A stretch of DNA of 64,000 nucleotides from assembly GCA_017623655.1 (NCBI GenBank), contig JAGAON010000001.1:44233-108232 (forward strand), read 5' to 3'. Made by a program: the position numbers and the translations under genes. Positions 61,590 through 64,000 of this stretch are shown piece after piece. A model generated the notes under the pieces. The model was not told where the DNA came from. It saw nothing but the letters and a program-made list of their open reading frames with translations, and searched no databases. The stretch's first letter is position 1. Every line of letters starts with the position of its first letter. The DNA is from Prevotella sp. (lineage in GTDB: Bacteria; Bacteroidota; Bacteroidia; Bacteroidales; Bacteroidaceae).

Positions 61590-64000
61590 ATGAAAAGATT
61601 TACTCTTCTCGCACTGGGCGTCATCGCTATGGCTTCCTCGGCCATGGCGGCGGATATGACGACCTATGTGACCAACAAGACTGAGTTCGAAAATGCCCTC
61701 AAAGCCTGCGCAGGCATGACGGCCGACGACTCTCACACCATCATCATCTCAAAGAAACTGACCGACGACAAGACGGCCGAGGCAGAGGTGGCTGACAACT
61801 CTGTGGTAATCAATGGTAACTTTACGTTCTCACACAACACCGGCAAGCTGGTCATCAAGTCCAACCAGACGGACATTAACAACCTGCCGCAGTTGCAGGC
61901 AGGACTGAACGGCAAGAACCACACCGCCGACTCAAAGTTCTCTCTCTTCATAGAGAACGTGTCATTGCAGTACCGTTCCGGCAATACGGCAACTTCCGGC
62001 CAGGTGCTTTACTGGCAGAAGATGCCGGCTGCGGATATGCAGATTGACACGATGGCATTCCGTAACTGCGAAATCACCAACATTCCGCGTACCATCTTCC
62101 GTACAGCTCCTAACGACGGCAGTACCGCCACCACGCCTTCAAAGCTGAAGTATCTGGAGATGACAGGCTGTAAGGTGCATGACATGAACATCACCAACGG
62201 CAACAACTGGGCGCTCTTCGTGCTCGGCTCAATGCCGGTGGAGGTTAATTTCCATGACAATATGTTCTACGACCTGCCTTACACCAAGGGTATCATACAG
62301 ATGGCGTATGTGGCAAATGACGGCACTGCACCGCGCATACTGTTCTACAACAACACGGTGATGATGGCAAAGGCAACATACGATGTACTGAATACCACTA
62401 CCAATGAGTATGAAGCTAAGGACAACCAGTGTACTCTTTTCGCCATGGGCAACTACCTTGACGCCTCTACCGAGTACTACATCTACAACAACCTCTTCCT
62501 CACCCCGAAGGCAGGCAAGCGTGCTCCGGCTACGCTGACCGACTCACAGAACTTCACATACGTTGAGGGCGGTACGGACATTCTTTCCGCAAGAAACATA
62601 GTAGATGAAGTTACTACACAGCTCGGCTACCTCACCGCACACTACAACCTTACCGATGAGAGCTTCACTTCCATGGAGCGTGGTTCCGATATGGATGAGG
62701 TTGGCACGGAACTGGCAGCAGAATCATTTGACTGGAGCGCATTCTACAAGGCTGACGTGTCAAACTTCCTCGTGGAGAAGACCAACAAGTTCTACACGAT
62801 GGGTGCCACAGTCATCAACAACCTCGAAGGCACTCCTATCGTGGAGATACCTTCTTGCGTCGGCGCAAACAGCGTGATGTATGTTGACGAGTTCCCGAAA
62901 GAGGCTAAGGTCAACGTTGCCGTAGCAGGCTCCAAGTCTGTAAGCGTAAGCATACTGCCTGAGAAGGAAACCTACATGGTAGGCGACGAGATCACGATAA
63001 CACTGAACGACCACAACTCTTACTACCGCACGTTCAACACCTTCAAGGGCTGGAGCGACGGAAGCATGGAGACTGTGCGCAAGATAACACTGGAGTCAAC
63101 GGACGGTATCAACCTCACCGCCACCTATGAGGAGGCTGACGGCGTTGTGGCTGCATTTGACTTCTCAAAGGTTCTTAAGAACGGTAAAGAGACAGAATAC
63201 CTTGCCGACCTCGGCGCTCAGGCCGGTGTCGCAAAGGTATCTGTAATGGTTGCCGACACAGCCGGTATGGCCGGCGCGATAGCAACAGCCGCCGTTCCTT
63301 ACGTGGCAGGCACCTTCGAGACACGTCCGGCCAAGTTCGGCGAGGATCCGGTGGAGATACAGATGCCTATAATGAGCCGCCGCACTGCAAAGAATGTGCG
63401 TGACTTCAACCGTAACTATGCAGTGGTTGAATTCTCTACAAAGAGCGTCAGCGACGTGACTGTCGATTATTTCGTCGGCACGGACAACAACGCTTCCAAG
63501 ATACAAAAGGCCTTCTACTCACTCGACGGTGAGAACTACACAGACCTTAACGCAGACTCTACCCTCGTAAACGGCAAGTGGTGCAACGTCAAGTTCCAGC
63601 TTCCGGCAGAGGCGGCAGGCCAGGAAAAGGTATATGTGAAGATACAGGGACAGGTGAACAACGGTGACAACATGGAGAACGTCACCTACACCGACGTGGC
63701 AAGCGCATTCGACCCAAGCAACCTCTACGGCTATGACGTGTTCGAGTACATCGGCAACATCCTCATCAAGGGTAACATCGTGAACACCGCAAACCTTGAG
63801 GCTGCGATAAAGGTTGCCAACGACACGCTCGCATACGTTACCGAGAAGGAAGCCAACGCTTACCTCGTGAAGGCCATCGCAACCGCTAACGAAGAACTGA
63901 ACAGCGCTGCCAAGACACAGGCAACGGTAGATGCTGCCACGACAGCACTTAACAAGGCCGTTACCGAGACATTCGTGATGCAGAGAATCAACAGCCTCAC
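61590..64000 (+). CDS. Large secreted multidomain protein (beta-helix DUF4957-like region, Flg_new/B-repeat-like module, FIVAR-like helix); truncated by the window end
   Basis: Manual translation: MKRFTLLALGVIAMASSAMA signal, FRNCEITN/MTGCKVHD/FHDNMFYD/FYNNTV rungs, FKGWSDG..NLTATYE, and TQATVDAATTALNKA. The frame is open to base 64000. Confidence 0.8.
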   Translation, partial: MKRFTLLALGVIAMASSAMAADMTTYVTNKTEFENALKACAGMTADDSHTIIISKKLTDDKTAEAEVADNSVVINGNFTFSHNTGKLVIKSNQTDINNLPQLQAGLNGKNHTADSKFSLFIENVSLQYRSGNTATSGQVLYWQKMPAADMQIDTMAFRNCEITNIPRTIFRTAPNDGSTATTPSKLKYLEMTGCKVHDMNITNGNNWALFVLGSMPVEVNFHDNMFYDLPYTKGIIQMAYVANDGTAPRILFYNNTVMMAKATYDVLNTTTNEYEAKDNQCTLFAMGNYLDASTEYYIYNNLFLTPKAGKRAPATLTDSQNFTYVEGGTDILSARNIVDEVTTQLGYLTAHYNLTDESFTSMERGSDMDEVGTELAAESFDWSAFYKADVSNFLVEKTNKFYTMGATVINNLEGTPIVEIPSCVGANSVMYVDEFPKEAKVNVAVAGSKSVSVSILPEKETYMVGDEITITLNDHNSYYRTFNTFKGWSDGSMETVRKITLESTDGINLTATYEEADGVVAAFDFSKVLKNGKETEYLADLGAQAGVAKVSVMVADTAGMAGAIATAAVPYVAGTFETRPAKFGEDPVEIQMPIMSRRTAKNVRDFNRNYAVVEFSTKSVSDVTVDYFVGTDNNASKIQKAFYSLDGENYTDLNADSTLVNGKWCNVKFQLPAEAAGQEKVYVKIQGQVNNGDNMENVTYTDVASAFDPSNLYGYDVFEYIGNILIKGNIVNTANLEAAIKVANDTLAYVTEKEANAYLVKAIATANEELNSAAKTQATVDAATTALNKAVTETFVMQRINSL

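Overview
A 64 kb, GC-rich chromosomal window from a Bacteroidales bacterium, probably Prevotellaceae. This is judged from the TAnnTTTG promoters, SusC/SusD genes, sdhCAB gene order and a T9SS-type C-terminal signal. The left half is core genome: polA (truncated), a polyprenyl synthase, deoC, uvrC, two parS sites, mnmG, and sdhC-sdhA-[four-helix-bundle gene]-sdhB. It continues with a tandem pseudokinase/kinase sensor pair, MaoC, GH43, feoAB plus a Cys-rich small protein, DUF362, MATE, a GH3-family protein, an Ig-like lipoprotein and DUF3108. The right half is two divergent polysaccharide-utilisation loci (PULs). The leftward one is susC-susD-beta-helix lipoprotein-T9SS protein. The rightward one is fasciclin-susC-susD-fasciclin-fasciclin-susC-susD-beta-helix protein, and is probably pectin-directed. 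Four observations stand out. (1) The ~0.88 kb between the two PULs is bracketed by a 62-bp inverted repeat (59/62 identical). It contains one consensus promoter and the 5' half of a 24-codon leader ORF that either repeat copy can complete, so it is a candidate invertible toggle between two PULs. (2) Inverted 7-mer arrays (RGGTTNN...NNAACCY) wrap the four-helix-bundle/Avd-like gene inside sdhCAB and also occur as an empty in-frame hairpin inside mnmG. (3) The first sensor kinase lacks its catalytic His and sits next to an intact paralogue. (4) Intergenic DNA is filled with several nested REP-like families and 22-bp tandem palindrome arrays. I found no tRNA, rRNA, CRISPR array, transposase or recombinase.
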